Positions 9,590-20,303 of a stretch of 64,000 nt of DNA are shown piece by piece. Both the position numbers and the translations under genes were made by a program. Source of the stretch: a bacterium (GTDB lineage Bacteria > Bacillota_I > Bacilli_A > RF39 > UBA660); NCBI GenBank assembly GCA_019423565.1, contig JAHZBE010000001.1, positions 65,134 through 129,133 on the forward strand. The letters are read 5' to 3'. The notes under the pieces are model-generated. The model saw only the letters and a program-made list of their open reading frames with translations, was not told the DNA's origin and searched no databases. Each line of letters begins with the position of its first letter. Positions within the stretch are counted from its first letter, which is position 1.

Positions 9590-12213
9590 ATGTAATGGTA
9601 GTAATTTTAATAAGTTTAATTTGCTATTTAGCGCTATGTTTTGTCTTGTCAAAAATATTTGCAAAAATAAATATTAAGAAAGGATATGCTTATATACCAT
9701 TTTTTAACTTTGTTAAGTTATTAGAAAAAGCAGATTTGAAGTGGTATTATATATTTGGATTTTTAATTAGTCCTATTAATATATGGTTTTCTGTATACTT
9801 TAATATAAAACTTGGTAAAAAGTTTAATAAAAGTAATGGATTCATAGTAGGAATGATATTACTTCCTATAATTTTCTATATAATACTTGCATTTAATAAA
9901 GATAAATATGACTCAAAAGTAGTATATGAAAAAAGTGGATTTAAACTTGCAACTGTACTTGTTTCAGTGTTAACAGTAGCATGTTTTGCAACAGTTTCAA
10001 TACCATTTATCTTTAATAGCATTACAAAAGGTCTTGATTTAGCAGGTGGATTTGAAATACTTTATAAAGTAACATCAGCAGATGATAAAACAAAAAAACT
10101 AACTAAAGAAGACTTAGAAAGTGCTTATAAAACAATGGTTAGAAGAATTGATAAATTAGGTGTATCAGAACCAGAAATATCAATTGAAGGAAATGATAAA
10201 ATAAGAGTAAAACTTGCAGGAGTTAAAAATCCAGATGAAGCAAGAGATTATATTACTGTAACTGGTGAATTAACATTCAGAGATAGTAGTGATAATAAAT
10301 TAATGGATAAATCAGTTATATCTGGAGCAAAAGTTTCAGCAGATTCTGATGGTAATCCAGCAATACTTTTAAATGTAAAAGATAAAGATTTATTTTATGA
10401 AACAACAAATAAAATAAGTCAAACAAGTGATCAATTAATAGTTATATGGCTTGACTATGATAAATCATCAGGTGATAGCTATAAAACATCAAAAGACAAA
10501 TGTGGTGACTTTGAAGATGAAAATACAGTAAAATGTTTATCAGCCGCAACAGTTAAAGAAGGATTTAGTAGTAATGTTATAATACAAGGTAACTTTACTT
10601 ATGATCAAGCAAAAACACTTGTTGATTTAATTAATTCAGGATCATCAAATGTTAAATATGAAGAAATATCTTCTAAAACAGTAACTGCAGAATTTGGTAC
10701 AAATTCACTTTATAAAACAGAAATAGCATCTATAATTGGAGTTGCTGCTATTATAGTATTTATGATATGTTTCTATAGATTTTCAGGACTTATATCATCA
10801 CTTTCAATACTTATTTATACATCACTTGTATTCTTAGTATTCTATTTAATAGATGGTGTACTTACTCTTACTGGTATAGGAGCATTAGTTCTTGGTATTG
10901 GTATGGCAGTTGATGCGTGTGTTATTACAAATGAAAGAATAAAAGAAGAATTAAGAAAAGGTAAAAGTCTTAAAACAGCATTTATTAATGGTAATAAAGA
11001 ATCATTCTCATCAATATTTGATTCGAATGTAACAACATTAATAATCGCACTTATATTATTTGCATTTGGTGAAAGTTCTGTAAAAGGATTTGCTACAATG
11101 CTTATTATTAACTTAATAATGACAATGCTTATAATTGTAATTATTAATAGATTTATTACAAAATTATTTGTTAATACAAAGTTCTTTGATAATAAAACAA
11201 AAGCATTTGTTAATTATGATCCAAATAAAGAAGTAAAAAAGAGCAAATTTAATTTTGCAACTAACTTTAAATCACATTTTATCGCACCAATAATTGTATT
11301 TGTGTTAGCAGTAATAGTAACAATAATTACAGGTGTAAACCTTGGTGTTGATTTTAAAGGTGGATCTGACATATCAGTAGTATCTAATAGTAAAATAAAT
11401 CCAAATGAAGTTGAAAAGAGTGTTCAAGATTTAGGATACAAAGTATCAGATGTAACTACTCAAAATGATAGTACAGTATACGTTAAAGTAGAAGATGTAT
11501 TAACTGAAAATGAAATTAAAACAACACAAAATAAATTAGAAGATAAATATGATGCAAAAATAGAAATTGCAGTTGTATCAAATGTTGTAAAAAGAGATTT
11601 AATTAAAAACGCAATTATAGCATTATTATTTGCATTTGTTGGTATAGCACTTTATATTTCATTAAGATATAAATTTAGTTATGCAGTTAGTGCTCTTATT
11701 GCACTTGCAAATGACATAATAATGATGTTCTGTTTATTCTCAATATTTAATATTGAAATAAATACTATGTATATTGCGGCTATTCTAACAATCGTTGGTT
11801 ACTCAATAAATAATACAATAGTAATATTTGATAGAATAAGAGAAAATATGAAGATAATGAAACTAGAAAATAAAAAATCAAAAGAAGATTATGACAAACT
11901 AGTTGATACAAGTATTAAACAAACATTATTTAGATCAATTAATACAACTATTACAACAATGCTTCCAATAATTACATTGTTACTATTTGGAGCAAGAGAA
12001 ATATTTGAATTTAATATTGCTATATTATTTGGTTTAATCGCAGGAGCTTATTCATCAGTATTCTTATCAGCACAAATTTGGAGAAGAATAGAACTTAGAC
12101 CAAAGAAAGAAAAGAAAAATTCAAAAAAAGATAACAAAAAGAATGATAAAAAGAATAGTAAAAAAGAGAAAAAACAACCAGAGGAACTATTAGTTAAAGG
12201 AATAAATTCTTAA
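9586..12213 (+). CDS. secDF: SecDF protein-export membrane protein with an N-terminal DUF5684-like extension and a Lys-rich tail
   Basis: 'GLDLAGGFEILYKV' marks SecD, followed by two SecD/SecF-type 6-TM blocks ('FDRIRE'). The first ~110 aa resemble DUF5684. Confidence 0.9.
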   Translation: MNVMVVILISLICYLALCFVLSKIFAKINIKKGYAYIPFFNFVKLLEKADLKWYYIFGFLISPINIWFSVYFNIKLGKKFNKSNGFIVGMILLPIIFYIILAFNKDKYDSKVVYEKSGFKLATVLVSVLTVACFATVSIPFIFNSITKGLDLAGGFEILYKVTSADDKTKKLTKEDLESAYKTMVRRIDKLGVSEPEISIEGNDKIRVKLAGVKNPDEARDYITVTGELTFRDSSDNKLMDKSVISGAKVSADSDGNPAILLNVKDKDLFYETTNKISQTSDQLIVIWLDYDKSSGDSYKTSKDKCGDFEDENTVKCLSAATVKEGFSSNVIIQGNFTYDQAKTLVDLINSGSSNVKYEEISSKTVTAEFGTNSLYKTEIASIIGVAAIIVFMICFYRFSGLISSLSILIYTSLVFLVFYLIDGVLTLTGIGALVLGIGMAVDACVITNERIKEELRKGKSLKTAFINGNKESFSSIFDSNVTTLIIALILFAFGESSVKGFATMLIINLIMTMLIIVIINRFITKLFVNTKFFDNKTKAFVNYDPNKEVKKSKFNFATNFKSHFIAPIIVFVLAVIVTIITGVNLGVDFKGGSDISVVSNSKINPNEVEKSVQDLGYKVSDVTTQNDSTVYVKVEDVLTENEIKTTQNKLEDKYDAKIEIAVVSNVVKRDLIKNAIIALLFAFVGIALYISLRYKFSYAVSALIALANDIIMMFCLFSIFNIEINTMYIAAILTIVGYSINNTIVIFDRIRENMKIMKLENKKSKEDYDKLVDTSIKQTLFRSINTTITTMLPIITLLLFGAREIFEFNIAILFGLIAGAYSSVFLSAQIWRRIELRPKKEKKNSKKDNKKNDKKNSKKEKKQPEELLVKGINS

Positions 12214-12230
12214 AACAAGGGAATGATTAA

Positions 12231-14372
12231 ATGAAAAAAGAAATAAGTACACTTGATGAGTTAATTTCATCAGCATCCTATATAACAAATGCTGATGAAA
12301 TTGATACAATCAAAAAAGCATATGAATTTGCATACAATGTTCATAAAGGTGAAAAAAGGCTTTCAGGGGATGATTATATTCTTCATCCTCTTAATGTTGC
12401 TTATATTCTTACAAGTTTATATGCAGATAGTGATACACTAGCAACTGCGCTTTTACATGATGTAATTCATAAAGGAAATAGTACAATAGAAGAAGTAAAA
12501 AAGAACTTTTCAAAAGAAATAAGTACGCTAGTTGAAGGTATTACTACAATTAATAAACTTTCATTATCTGCTGAAAATGAGAGTATGGTTAATTACTATA
12601 AAAAAATACTTGTGGGTCTTACAGAAGATGTTAGAATAATTATTATTAAGCTTGCTGAAAGATGTCATAATATGAGAACACTTTGGGCAATACCTAAAGA
12701 AAAACAAAGATTAAAAGCAAAAGAAACTCTTGAAATACTTGCGCCAATTGCGCATAGATTAGGTCTTTCATATATAAAGGCAGAACTTGAAGAATTATCT
12801 TTAAAATATTACAAACCAGAAGCCTTTGATCAAATAGAAGAAGAACTAAATAGTACAAAAGAAGAAAGAGATAAATCTGTTGAAGAGATGAAAAAAAGAG
12901 TTTCTGATATTTTAATAGAGAATAATATTGAATTTGAAATAAAAGGTAGAGCAAAAAGCATATATTCAATATATAACAAACTTCAAAAAGGTAAAAAATT
13001 ATCAGATATATATGATATTTATGCACTTAGAGTTATAGTAAATACTAAAGCTGAATGTTATCAAGTTTTAGGTTTAATTCATGCAAAATATAAACCTTTA
13101 CCTAAGAGATTTAAAGATTATATAGCAAATCCAAAAACAAATATGTATCAATCACTTCATACAACAGTATTTGGTTTTGATGGTAAACCATATGAAATAC
13201 AAATTAGAACGTTTGAAATGGATAAGGTTGCAGAAAGAGGTATCGCATCACATTGGTCTTATAAAGAACAAGGTAAAAAAATACAAAATTCTATGGAGCA
13301 AAAACTTCAAGTATTTAGAAATATAATGGAACTTAATTTATATGATGTTTCAGATGAAGATTTTGTTAAATCTGTACAAAATGAAGTACTTGGTGAAAAT
13401 ATATATGTATATACTCCAAAAGGAGATGTATTTGAACTTCCTAAAGGTGCAACTCCAATAGATTTTGCATATAGAGTTCATACTAAAATAGGTGAGACTA
13501 TGGTAGGAGCAATTGTAAATGATAATATTGTTCCACTTGATTATGAACTTCATACAGGTGATATAGTAAATATTAAAACAAATAAAAACTCTAAACCATC
13601 ACAAGAATGGCTTTCTATTGTAAAATCTAGTCAAACAAAGAATAAGATTCGTGCATTCTTCTCTAAAATAGATAAAAAAGAAGCAATAGAAAAAGGTAAA
13701 GATTTATTATTAAAAGAAATTAGAAGAAAGAAAATATCAATAAATGAATTTAATGAAACTATTCCAGATATTTTAAAAGACCTAAAAATAGAATCAGAAG
13801 ATGATTTATATTATTCTATTGGTACTGCAAAACTTTCACCTAATACAGTAATAAATATATCAATAAAAGAAGAAGTAAATAAAGAAGAATTTATATTATC
13901 TAAATTGTCAAAAAGAGAAGTTAAAGATATAGAACTTAAAAATGATATTTTAGTTAGTGGTATTGATAATATAAAAGTATCACTTGCGAACTGTTGTAAA
14001 CCTGTTAAAGGTGATAAAATAGTTGGTTATATATCAAGAGGTAATGGAGTTATTGTTCATACTAAGAATTGTTACAATTTAAGACATATGGATGATAGAA
14101 TTATAGATGTTAGTTGGAATAAAGAACAAGTGCAAAAGTATAAGACTAATATATCTATAGTATCAGAAAAACTAGAAAATGTATTACTTGATATAATAAC
14201 TAAAACAAATAATTTAAATATAAATATTACAAAGGTTGATACGAAACAAAAAGAAAACGAAACTATTTTTAACTTAATAGTTGAAGTAGATAATGTTGAT
14301 ACTTTAAATAAATATATGACACTTTTAAAACAAAATTCTAGCATTATAAGTGTAGAAAGAGTAATGAATTAA
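12231..14372 (+). CDS. relA: bifunctional (p)ppGpp synthetase/hydrolase (RelA/SpoT homolog)
   Basis: HD hydrolase region ('HPLNVA...LLHDV'), synthetase core ('YQSLHTTV','EIQIRT'), and TGS and ACT-like C-terminal domains. Confidence 0.95.
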   Translation: MKKEISTLDELISSASYITNADEIDTIKKAYEFAYNVHKGEKRLSGDDYILHPLNVAYILTSLYADSDTLATALLHDVIHKGNSTIEEVKKNFSKEISTLVEGITTINKLSLSAENESMVNYYKKILVGLTEDVRIIIIKLAERCHNMRTLWAIPKEKQRLKAKETLEILAPIAHRLGLSYIKAELEELSLKYYKPEAFDQIEEELNSTKEERDKSVEEMKKRVSDILIENNIEFEIKGRAKSIYSIYNKLQKGKKLSDIYDIYALRVIVNTKAECYQVLGLIHAKYKPLPKRFKDYIANPKTNMYQSLHTTVFGFDGKPYEIQIRTFEMDKVAERGIASHWSYKEQGKKIQNSMEQKLQVFRNIMELNLYDVSDEDFVKSVQNEVLGENIYVYTPKGDVFELPKGATPIDFAYRVHTKIGETMVGAIVNDNIVPLDYELHTGDIVNIKTNKNSKPSQEWLSIVKSSQTKNKIRAFFSKIDKKEAIEKGKDLLLKEIRRKKISINEFNETIPDILKDLKIESEDDLYYSIGTAKLSPNTVINISIKEEVNKEEFILSKLSKREVKDIELKNDILVSGIDNIKVSLANCCKPVKGDKIVGYISRGNGVIVHTKNCYNLRHMDDRIIDVSWNKEQVQKYKTNISIVSEKLENVLLDIITKTNNLNINITKVDTKQKENETIFNLIVEVDNVDTLNKYMTLLKQNSSIISVERVMN

Positions 14373-14455
14373 AATGAAAGAATTTATAGGAAACTATAGA
14401 TTCTTTTATTGTTTTTATTTTAATAAAATGTTAGAATTGTTATAAGAGGTAGATT

Positions 14456-14908
14456 ATGAAAGTAGTAGTACAAAGAGTATTAAATTCTAGTGTTAATATT
14501 GATAATAAATATGAAGAAAAAATTAATAAAGGTTTAATGATATTGCTTGGAATGACATATAATGATGGTATAGAAGATATAGATTATTTAATAAATAAAA
14601 TATTAAATTTAAGAATTTTTGAAAAAGATAATAAAATGAATTTAAGTGTAAAAGATATTAATGGAGATATTTTGTTGATTCCTCAGTTTACTTTATATGC
14701 AAATCCATATGATGGGAATAGACCTTCATTTAATGATGCATTAGATAAAGAAGAAGCAGAAGAATTATTTTGTATATTTAAAGAGAAAATCAGCAGTATT
14801 TATAATAGTGTTAAATTTGGTAAGTTTGGTTCAGATATGAAGGTATCTCTTATTAATGATGGACCTATTACAATAATAATAGAATCTAAAGAGAAGGTGA
14901 AAAAATGA
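14456..14908 (+). CDS. dtd: D-aminoacyl-tRNA deacylase
   Basis: 'MKVVVQRV' N-terminus, ~150 aa, 'SQFTLYA'-type motif (PQFTLYAN). Lies downstream of relA as in Bacillus. Confidence 0.9.
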   Translation: MKVVVQRVLNSSVNIDNKYEEKINKGLMILLGMTYNDGIEDIDYLINKILNLRIFEKDNKMNLSVKDINGDILLIPQFTLYANPYDGNRPSFNDALDKEEAEELFCIFKEKISSIYNSVKFGKFGSDMKVSLINDGPITIIIESKEKVKK

Positions 14909-15957
14909 AAAAGATAAATTATAAATTATTAAATACTTTAATTTTATTAACTATAGTTTATGTACTTTTTTTATTAAGAGATTTATGGGGTGGTGTATTT
15001 TTTAAAGTACTTGCAATATTAAAGCCATTCATAATAGCATTTGTAATTGCGTATGCTTTTTATCCATTTTTAAAATTTCTTGAAAATAAAAAATGGCCAA
15101 AGGGTCTTGCGGTTACATTTATTGTTTTGATTACAGTACTTTTTCTAGGATTTATAGTATATTCACTTATTCCAGTATTTAGTGAACAACTAGTATCATT
15201 CTTTTCTAGTATTATTACTTTTGTTACTGATTTTGGAAGTAAATTTGATATAGATATTAGTCCAATAAAAACAAATTTATATGATATATTTAATAAAGTT
15301 TCTGCTAATATAGGAAAATATATATCAGATGGAGCATTAAATTTACTAAATGCATCAATTAACTTTATAAGTAATTTTATAATTGTATTTGTATGTTATA
15401 TATATTTCCTTGCTGATATGGAAAATATTAGAGATAACGTTAAAGAGTATTATTTAAAGAAAAAGAAAAAAACATTTAAATTAATTGAAAATGTTGATTA
15501 TGAAACAACTCAGTATTTTAGGGGATTATGTCTTACTTTAGTTATTCAATTCTTTGAATATACAATTGTTTTCTTCCTTATAGGACATCCAAACTTCTTG
15601 CTTCTTGGAATATTATCATCTATTTCTAGTTTAATACCTTATTTTGGAGGATTTATTGTTAATGTTATAGCAATTATGATTGCGGCTGTAGTAAGTCCTA
15701 AACTTCTTATATTAACACTTATAGTTGCTATTGTACTTCCTAATATTGATGGATATATAATAAGCCCAAAAGTATATGGTAAAACAAATAATATTTCCCC
15801 ACTTTTAACAATATTTGCTGTATTTGCGGGTGGTGTACTTGGTGGATTTGTTGGAATACTTATTGCACTTCCACTTACAATTATATTAAGAACAATTTTC
15901 AAATATTATAAAGGAGATATATCTAAAAAAATAGACAACATTAAAGAAAAAATTTAA
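14905..15957 (+). CDS. AI-2E family transporter (PerM/UPF0118)
   Basis: Polytopic ~350-aa protein. 'IPYFGGFI' and 'ISPKVYG' motifs are typical of the family. Confidence 0.75.
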   Translation: MKKINYKLLNTLILLTIVYVLFLLRDLWGGVFFKVLAILKPFIIAFVIAYAFYPFLKFLENKKWPKGLAVTFIVLITVLFLGFIVYSLIPVFSEQLVSFFSSIITFVTDFGSKFDIDISPIKTNLYDIFNKVSANIGKYISDGALNLLNASINFISNFIIVFVCYIYFLADMENIRDNVKEYYLKKKKKTFKLIENVDYETTQYFRGLCLTLVIQFFEYTIVFFLIGHPNFLLLGILSSISSLIPYFGGFIVNVIAIMIAAVVSPKLLILTLIVAIVLPNIDGYIISPKVYGKTNNISPLLTIFAVFAGGVLGGFVGILIALPLTIILRTIFKYYKGDISKKIDNIKEKI

Positions 15958-16240
15958 TGTTTCTTTTTTTTTCTTGAATATATACTAAATTTGTTGTAAT
16001 ATATTAGTAAAAAAAGAGGTGTATATTATGGAGAAATTTAGCTACGCTTTAGAATTTTACTATAAATAATAGATGAAATTATTAAAAGAAATCATATTAA
16101 TAAAAATGATTCTGGTATGGTTAGGTTAGGTGCTGAAAGATGGTTAACATTTTATTTGTCATTTATGGAACATGGATATAACTCAAAAATTAAATCTCTA
16201 GAATATGAAAATGAAAATCTTTCAGATTATTTATAAAATA

Positions 16241-16249
16241 TGGTATAAT
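16241..16249 (+). promoter_or_regulatory. extended -10 element (TGGTATAAT) upstream of hisS
   Basis: Exact TGnTATAAT about 24 nt upstream of the hisS ATG. Confidence 0.4.
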
Positions 16250-16272
16250 TTATATTGGTAGGTGAATAAAAA

Positions 16273-17520
16273 ATGATACAAAAATTAAAAGGAACATATG
16301 ATGTATATGGAAGTCTTGCTAAAAAACAAGATTACGTAAAAAAATTATTTCAAGTAGTTTGTGAAAATTATAATTATTCTTATATAGAAACTCCATTAAT
16401 TGAAAGAAGTGAATTATTTCATAGAGGAGTTGGAGAAACAACAGATATAGTTACAAAAGAAACTTATGATTTTGTTGATAGAGGTGGAAGAAATAATACT
16501 TTAAGACCGGAAGGAACCGCAGGGGTTGCAAGATCAATTATAGAAAATAAATTATATAATACTTTACCTTTAAAATTATGGTATATGGGATCTATGTTTA
16601 GATATGAAAGACCACAAAAAGGTAGATATAGAGAATTAAGACAAATGGGTATAGAAAGTTATGGATCAAATGATCCAATAATGGATGCTGAAGTTATTTC
16701 ATTAGGTATTAATTTCTTAAAAGAATTAGGTCTTGATGTTATTGTTAAAATAAACTCTATAGGTGGTGCTGAAACAAGAAATAAATATAGAGAAGCATTA
16801 ATTAATCATTTTGAAAAACATATTGATGAGTTTTGCGATGATTGTAAAGAAAGATTATATAAAAATCCGCTTAGAATATTAGATTGTAAAGTTGATTCTG
16901 ATAACGAATTATTAAAAAGTGCTCCATCAATTTTAGATTATTTAAATGATGAAGAAAAAGAGAACTTTGATAAGATTAAAGAATATTTAGATTATTTAGA
17001 AGTAGAATATGAAGTAGATTCATCACTTGTTAGAGGACTTGATTATTATACAAATGTTGTATTTGAATTTGTTACAAAAAATAATAATTTTGGTTCTATT
17101 GGTGGTGGTGGAAGATATAATAATTTACTAAAATCATTAGATGGACCAGATGTTCCAGCGGTAGGATTTGCTTTTGGATTTGATAGAATAATTGCAGAAA
17201 TTACTGAAAATGAAATAGAATTAAATATAGATGATTCAATAGATGCTTATATATTAACTATAACTGAGAAAGAAAACTTCTATGCACTTGAACTCGCTCA
17301 AAAGCTTAGAATGTGTGGTTATAAAGTTGATTTAGATTTATCAGGTAAGAATATGAAAGCTAAATTTAAAGAATCTGATAGATATAAAAGTAAATATACT
17401 ATTATAGTTGGTGAAGAAGAAGAATTAACTGATACATTAACTTTAAAAGATAATTTAACAAAAGAAGAAAAGAAGATAGAACTAGATAACTTAATTGATT
17501 ATTTAGATACTAATATATAA
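16273..17520 (+). CDS. hisS: histidine--tRNA ligase
   Basis: 'LRPEGTAGVAR', 'MFRYERPQKGRYRE' and 'GGGGRYNNL' are class II HisRS motifs. Confidence 0.95.
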   Translation: MIQKLKGTYDVYGSLAKKQDYVKKLFQVVCENYNYSYIETPLIERSELFHRGVGETTDIVTKETYDFVDRGGRNNTLRPEGTAGVARSIIENKLYNTLPLKLWYMGSMFRYERPQKGRYRELRQMGIESYGSNDPIMDAEVISLGINFLKELGLDVIVKINSIGGAETRNKYREALINHFEKHIDEFCDDCKERLYKNPLRILDCKVDSDNELLKSAPSILDYLNDEEKENFDKIKEYLDYLEVEYEVDSSLVRGLDYYTNVVFEFVTKNNNFGSIGGGGRYNNLLKSLDGPDVPAVGFAFGFDRIIAEITENEIELNIDDSIDAYILTITEKENFYALELAQKLRMCGYKVDLDLSGKNMKAKFKESDRYKSKYTIIVGEEEELTDTLTLKDNLTKEEKKIELDNLIDYLDTNI

Positions 17521-18137
17521 TGAGAGTAGAATTAATAGAAAATTATTTAGATAATTTAATACCTAATCCAAAATGTGAACTTGAATTTTCTAAAGATTAT
17601 GAACTTTTGATATCTATAATGCTTAGTGCGCAAACTACAGATAAAAGAGTAAATAAAGTAACAAGAGTATTATTTAAAAAATATGATTCATTAGAAAAAT
17701 TAAAAAATGCTGATCTTAAAGATTTAAAAAATATTGTTAGAGAACTTGGCTCATATAATAAAAAAGCAGTATATGTAAAAGAAATCGCACGAATAATAGT
17801 AGATGACTATAATGGTATTATGCCAAGAAAAAGAAAAGAATTAGAAGTAATGCCAGGTGTTGGAAGAAAGACAATTAATGTTCTTTTTTCTGAGCTTGAC
17901 ATTGAACCTAATATAGCGGTTGATACACATGTAGAAAGAGTAAGTAAAAGACTTGGTCTTGCTAAAAATGATGATAGTGTATATGAAATTGAAATGAAAC
18001 TTAGAAGAAAGTTTAAAAGGGAAAATTGGAATAAAAGACATAAACAATTAGTTTTGTTTGGTAGATATTATTGTAAAGCAATAAAGCCAGAATGTGATAC
18101 ATGTAAAATTAAAGAAATATGTAAGGAGAAAAGATAA
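17520..18137 (+). CDS. nth: endonuclease III
   Basis: 'LSAQTTDKRVN', HhH-GPD 'MPGVGRKTINV...DTHV', and a C-terminal Cys cluster CKAIKPECDTCKIKEIC. Confidence 0.9.
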   Translation: MRVELIENYLDNLIPNPKCELEFSKDYELLISIMLSAQTTDKRVNKVTRVLFKKYDSLEKLKNADLKDLKNIVRELGSYNKKAVYVKEIARIIVDDYNGIMPRKRKELEVMPGVGRKTINVLFSELDIEPNIAVDTHVERVSKRLGLAKNDDSVYEIEMKLRRKFKRENWNKRHKQLVLFGRYYCKAIKPECDTCKIKEICKEKR

Positions 18138-18139
18138 AA

Positions 18140-18742
18140 ATGATTGAATCATTAGTGTGTGGAGGAGTGTATGCAGTAAGCACTCTATTTAATATCTATA
18201 TGACAAGCAAAAAACATAAGAAACTTTTTAATTTTATTTCTAATGAGTGTTCTAGGTTAGGGTTTGATATAGATCAAAAAAAATTAAAAAAAATACTTAA
18301 AGAAGATATTGATAAAGTTATAATTTCAGAAAATGATAAGGAAATTTTCAATCAAAAATTATATGAAACTTTAGCGTTGTTTCCTATTTTTAATTTAATT
18401 TGTAATAAATTTAATATAGAATATCTTTTAGATAATTTTAAACATAATAATTTATTTGAATTTGAAAATAAACATATTGATACTAATTATTTAAGAGATA
18501 AAGGAATAATTAAAAGATTAGAAAAGATTGAGCCTAAACAAGTACAAAAATCAAAAAGTATAAATATGGGAAAAAATTATTCGGATGCAAAAAGATATGC
18601 ATGTGTTAAAATGTATGAACAAAAGAAAAAATTGTTAGAAGAAAAGAACAAGGAAAAATCTATAATTAATGGATCTAAGATAAGCAAAGAAGAATTTTTG
18701 ATAAAAAAATTAATACCTGATGAGGAGAGCAAAAGAGTATGA
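18140..18742 (+). CDS. hypothetical protein, paralog 1 of a tandem pair
   Basis: Long ORF whose layout resembles the next ORF. Confidence 0.6.
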   Translation: MIESLVCGGVYAVSTLFNIYMTSKKHKKLFNFISNECSRLGFDIDQKKLKKILKEDIDKVIISENDKEIFNQKLYETLALFPIFNLICNKFNIEYLLDNFKHNNLFEFENKHIDTNYLRDKGIIKRLEKIEPKQVQKSKSINMGKNYSDAKRYACVKMYEQKKKLLEEKNKEKSIINGSKISKEEFLIKKLIPDEESKRV

Positions 18743-19368
18743 TTGGAGTAGCGATAGGTTCATATTTTGTTTTACCAACATTATTTGATGTTATTGTAGC
18801 AAAGTATAAAAAAAATAAAACTCTAAAAATTATTAAATCAAAATTAAGTGAAAAAGGATATACTATAGATAAAAGGATGGAAAAGGACATTGTTAGAAAG
18901 ATTATAATTGATTGTACAAATTGGAATTATTTTGATTCAGACTGGAATAATGAGATATCTTTTAGCTTTATGCCATTTATTAGATGGATACTTATTCCAT
19001 CTAATATAAAATATTTATGTGGAGATTATAGTTCTTTTAATGAAAGCTATCGATTTCTTGAAGATATTGTGGATAATAATGAAGATGTCATTAAGTATTT
19101 AAAAAATTGTGGTTATATAAGTATAGATGAAGAAAAAATACAATGGATTAATGATAGAAATAATGCATTAAAAGAATTAGAGGGAAAATATGATGAACCA
19201 GAAAAAAATAAAAAAGAAAATGTTATAGAAATATCTAAAAATGATGATCTTGAATTATTAAAATTAAAAAGAAAATTGTTAGATGAAATGATAGAGGAAA
19301 GAAAACAAACAGATATTTCTTCAAAGCCAAAATCAAGAATATATTCGAATAATAAAAGTGCAAAATAA
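18739..19368 (+). CDS. hypothetical protein, paralog 2 of a tandem pair
   Basis: Start overlaps the upstream stop (ATGA). Same domain layout as 18140-18742. Confidence 0.6.
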   Translation: MIGVAIGSYFVLPTLFDVIVAKYKKNKTLKIIKSKLSEKGYTIDKRMEKDIVRKIIIDCTNWNYFDSDWNNEISFSFMPFIRWILIPSNIKYLCGDYSSFNESYRFLEDIVDNNEDVIKYLKNCGYISIDEEKIQWINDRNNALKELEGKYDEPEKNKKENVIEISKNDDLELLKLKRKLLDEMIEERKQTDISSKPKSRIYSNNKSAK

Positions 19369-19435
19369 TATTTTGTGCTTTTTTTGACATCTTGGGTGAA
19401 TATGATATAATAGTAACCTTGAAAGAGGGGATAAT

Positions 19436-20236
19436 ATGACAATAACTGAAAAAAATGCACCAATTGTGATTTTATCTGAATATGAAGATGGATTAGCACT
19501 TGCTAAAAAAGTATATGCAAGATATGAATTATATGGATATGTTGATAAAGATAAAAATGTAGTAATACCTTTTTCTTTTGAAACAGCACATGCATTTAAA
19601 GAAGGTATGGCGGTTGTTAGAAAAGATGGTAAATATGGATATATTAATACTAATGGTGATTTAGTTGTTCCATGTATTTATTATAGTGCAACTGATTTTA
19701 ATAAAGGACTTGCCCATGTTTTTAAAGACGGACATCTAAAAGAAAATAGATTTAAAGGATTTATTGATAAAACAGGAGAACAAGTAATAAAATGCAAATA
19801 TGAAGGTAATGGTACTTTTGTAAATGGCTTTTATAAAGTTGCAAATGATGATAAATATAGTTATATGAATTTACAAGGAAAATTAATTTCTCCATTTATT
19901 TATGAGGAAGCATATGATTTTAATGAAGGTGTTGCAAGAGTTAAAATAAATGATAAATATGGTTTTATTAATGAATGTGGTAAAATAGTAATTCCTAATA
20001 TATTTAATTCTGCAACTGATTTTAAAGATGGTAAATCACGTGTTAGAATTTTAGATAGAATGTTTTACATAGACAAAAATTGTAGTGAAGTAAAAGAAGA
20101 AAACTCAAAAAAATTTATGGAAGCAGAATTGCTAAAAAGAAAAAGAAGAACGTTAAAAGCAATATCAAAAAAAGATTTAATTGAAAGAACTAAGAGTAAA
20201 TCTTATACATTAAACAATAATATAAAGAATAATTGA
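19436..20236 (+). CDS. WG-repeat (KWG) protein
   Basis: Repeats such as 'DGKYGYINTNGDLVVPCIY', 'KGFIDKTGEQVIKCKY' and 'NDKYGFINECGKIVIPNIF'. Confidence 0.7.
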   Translation: MTITEKNAPIVILSEYEDGLALAKKVYARYELYGYVDKDKNVVIPFSFETAHAFKEGMAVVRKDGKYGYINTNGDLVVPCIYYSATDFNKGLAHVFKDGHLKENRFKGFIDKTGEQVIKCKYEGNGTFVNGFYKVANDDKYSYMNLQGKLISPFIYEEAYDFNEGVARVKINDKYGFINECGKIVIPNIFNSATDFKDGKSRVRILDRMFYIDKNCSEVKEENSKKFMEAELLKRKRRTLKAISKKDLIERTKSKSYTLNNNIKNN

Positions 20237-20303
20237 TTATATTATTCTTTTTTTATTTTAAATATGCTATAATTAATGAGTATTAATTGAAAGAAGTGAG
20301 ATA

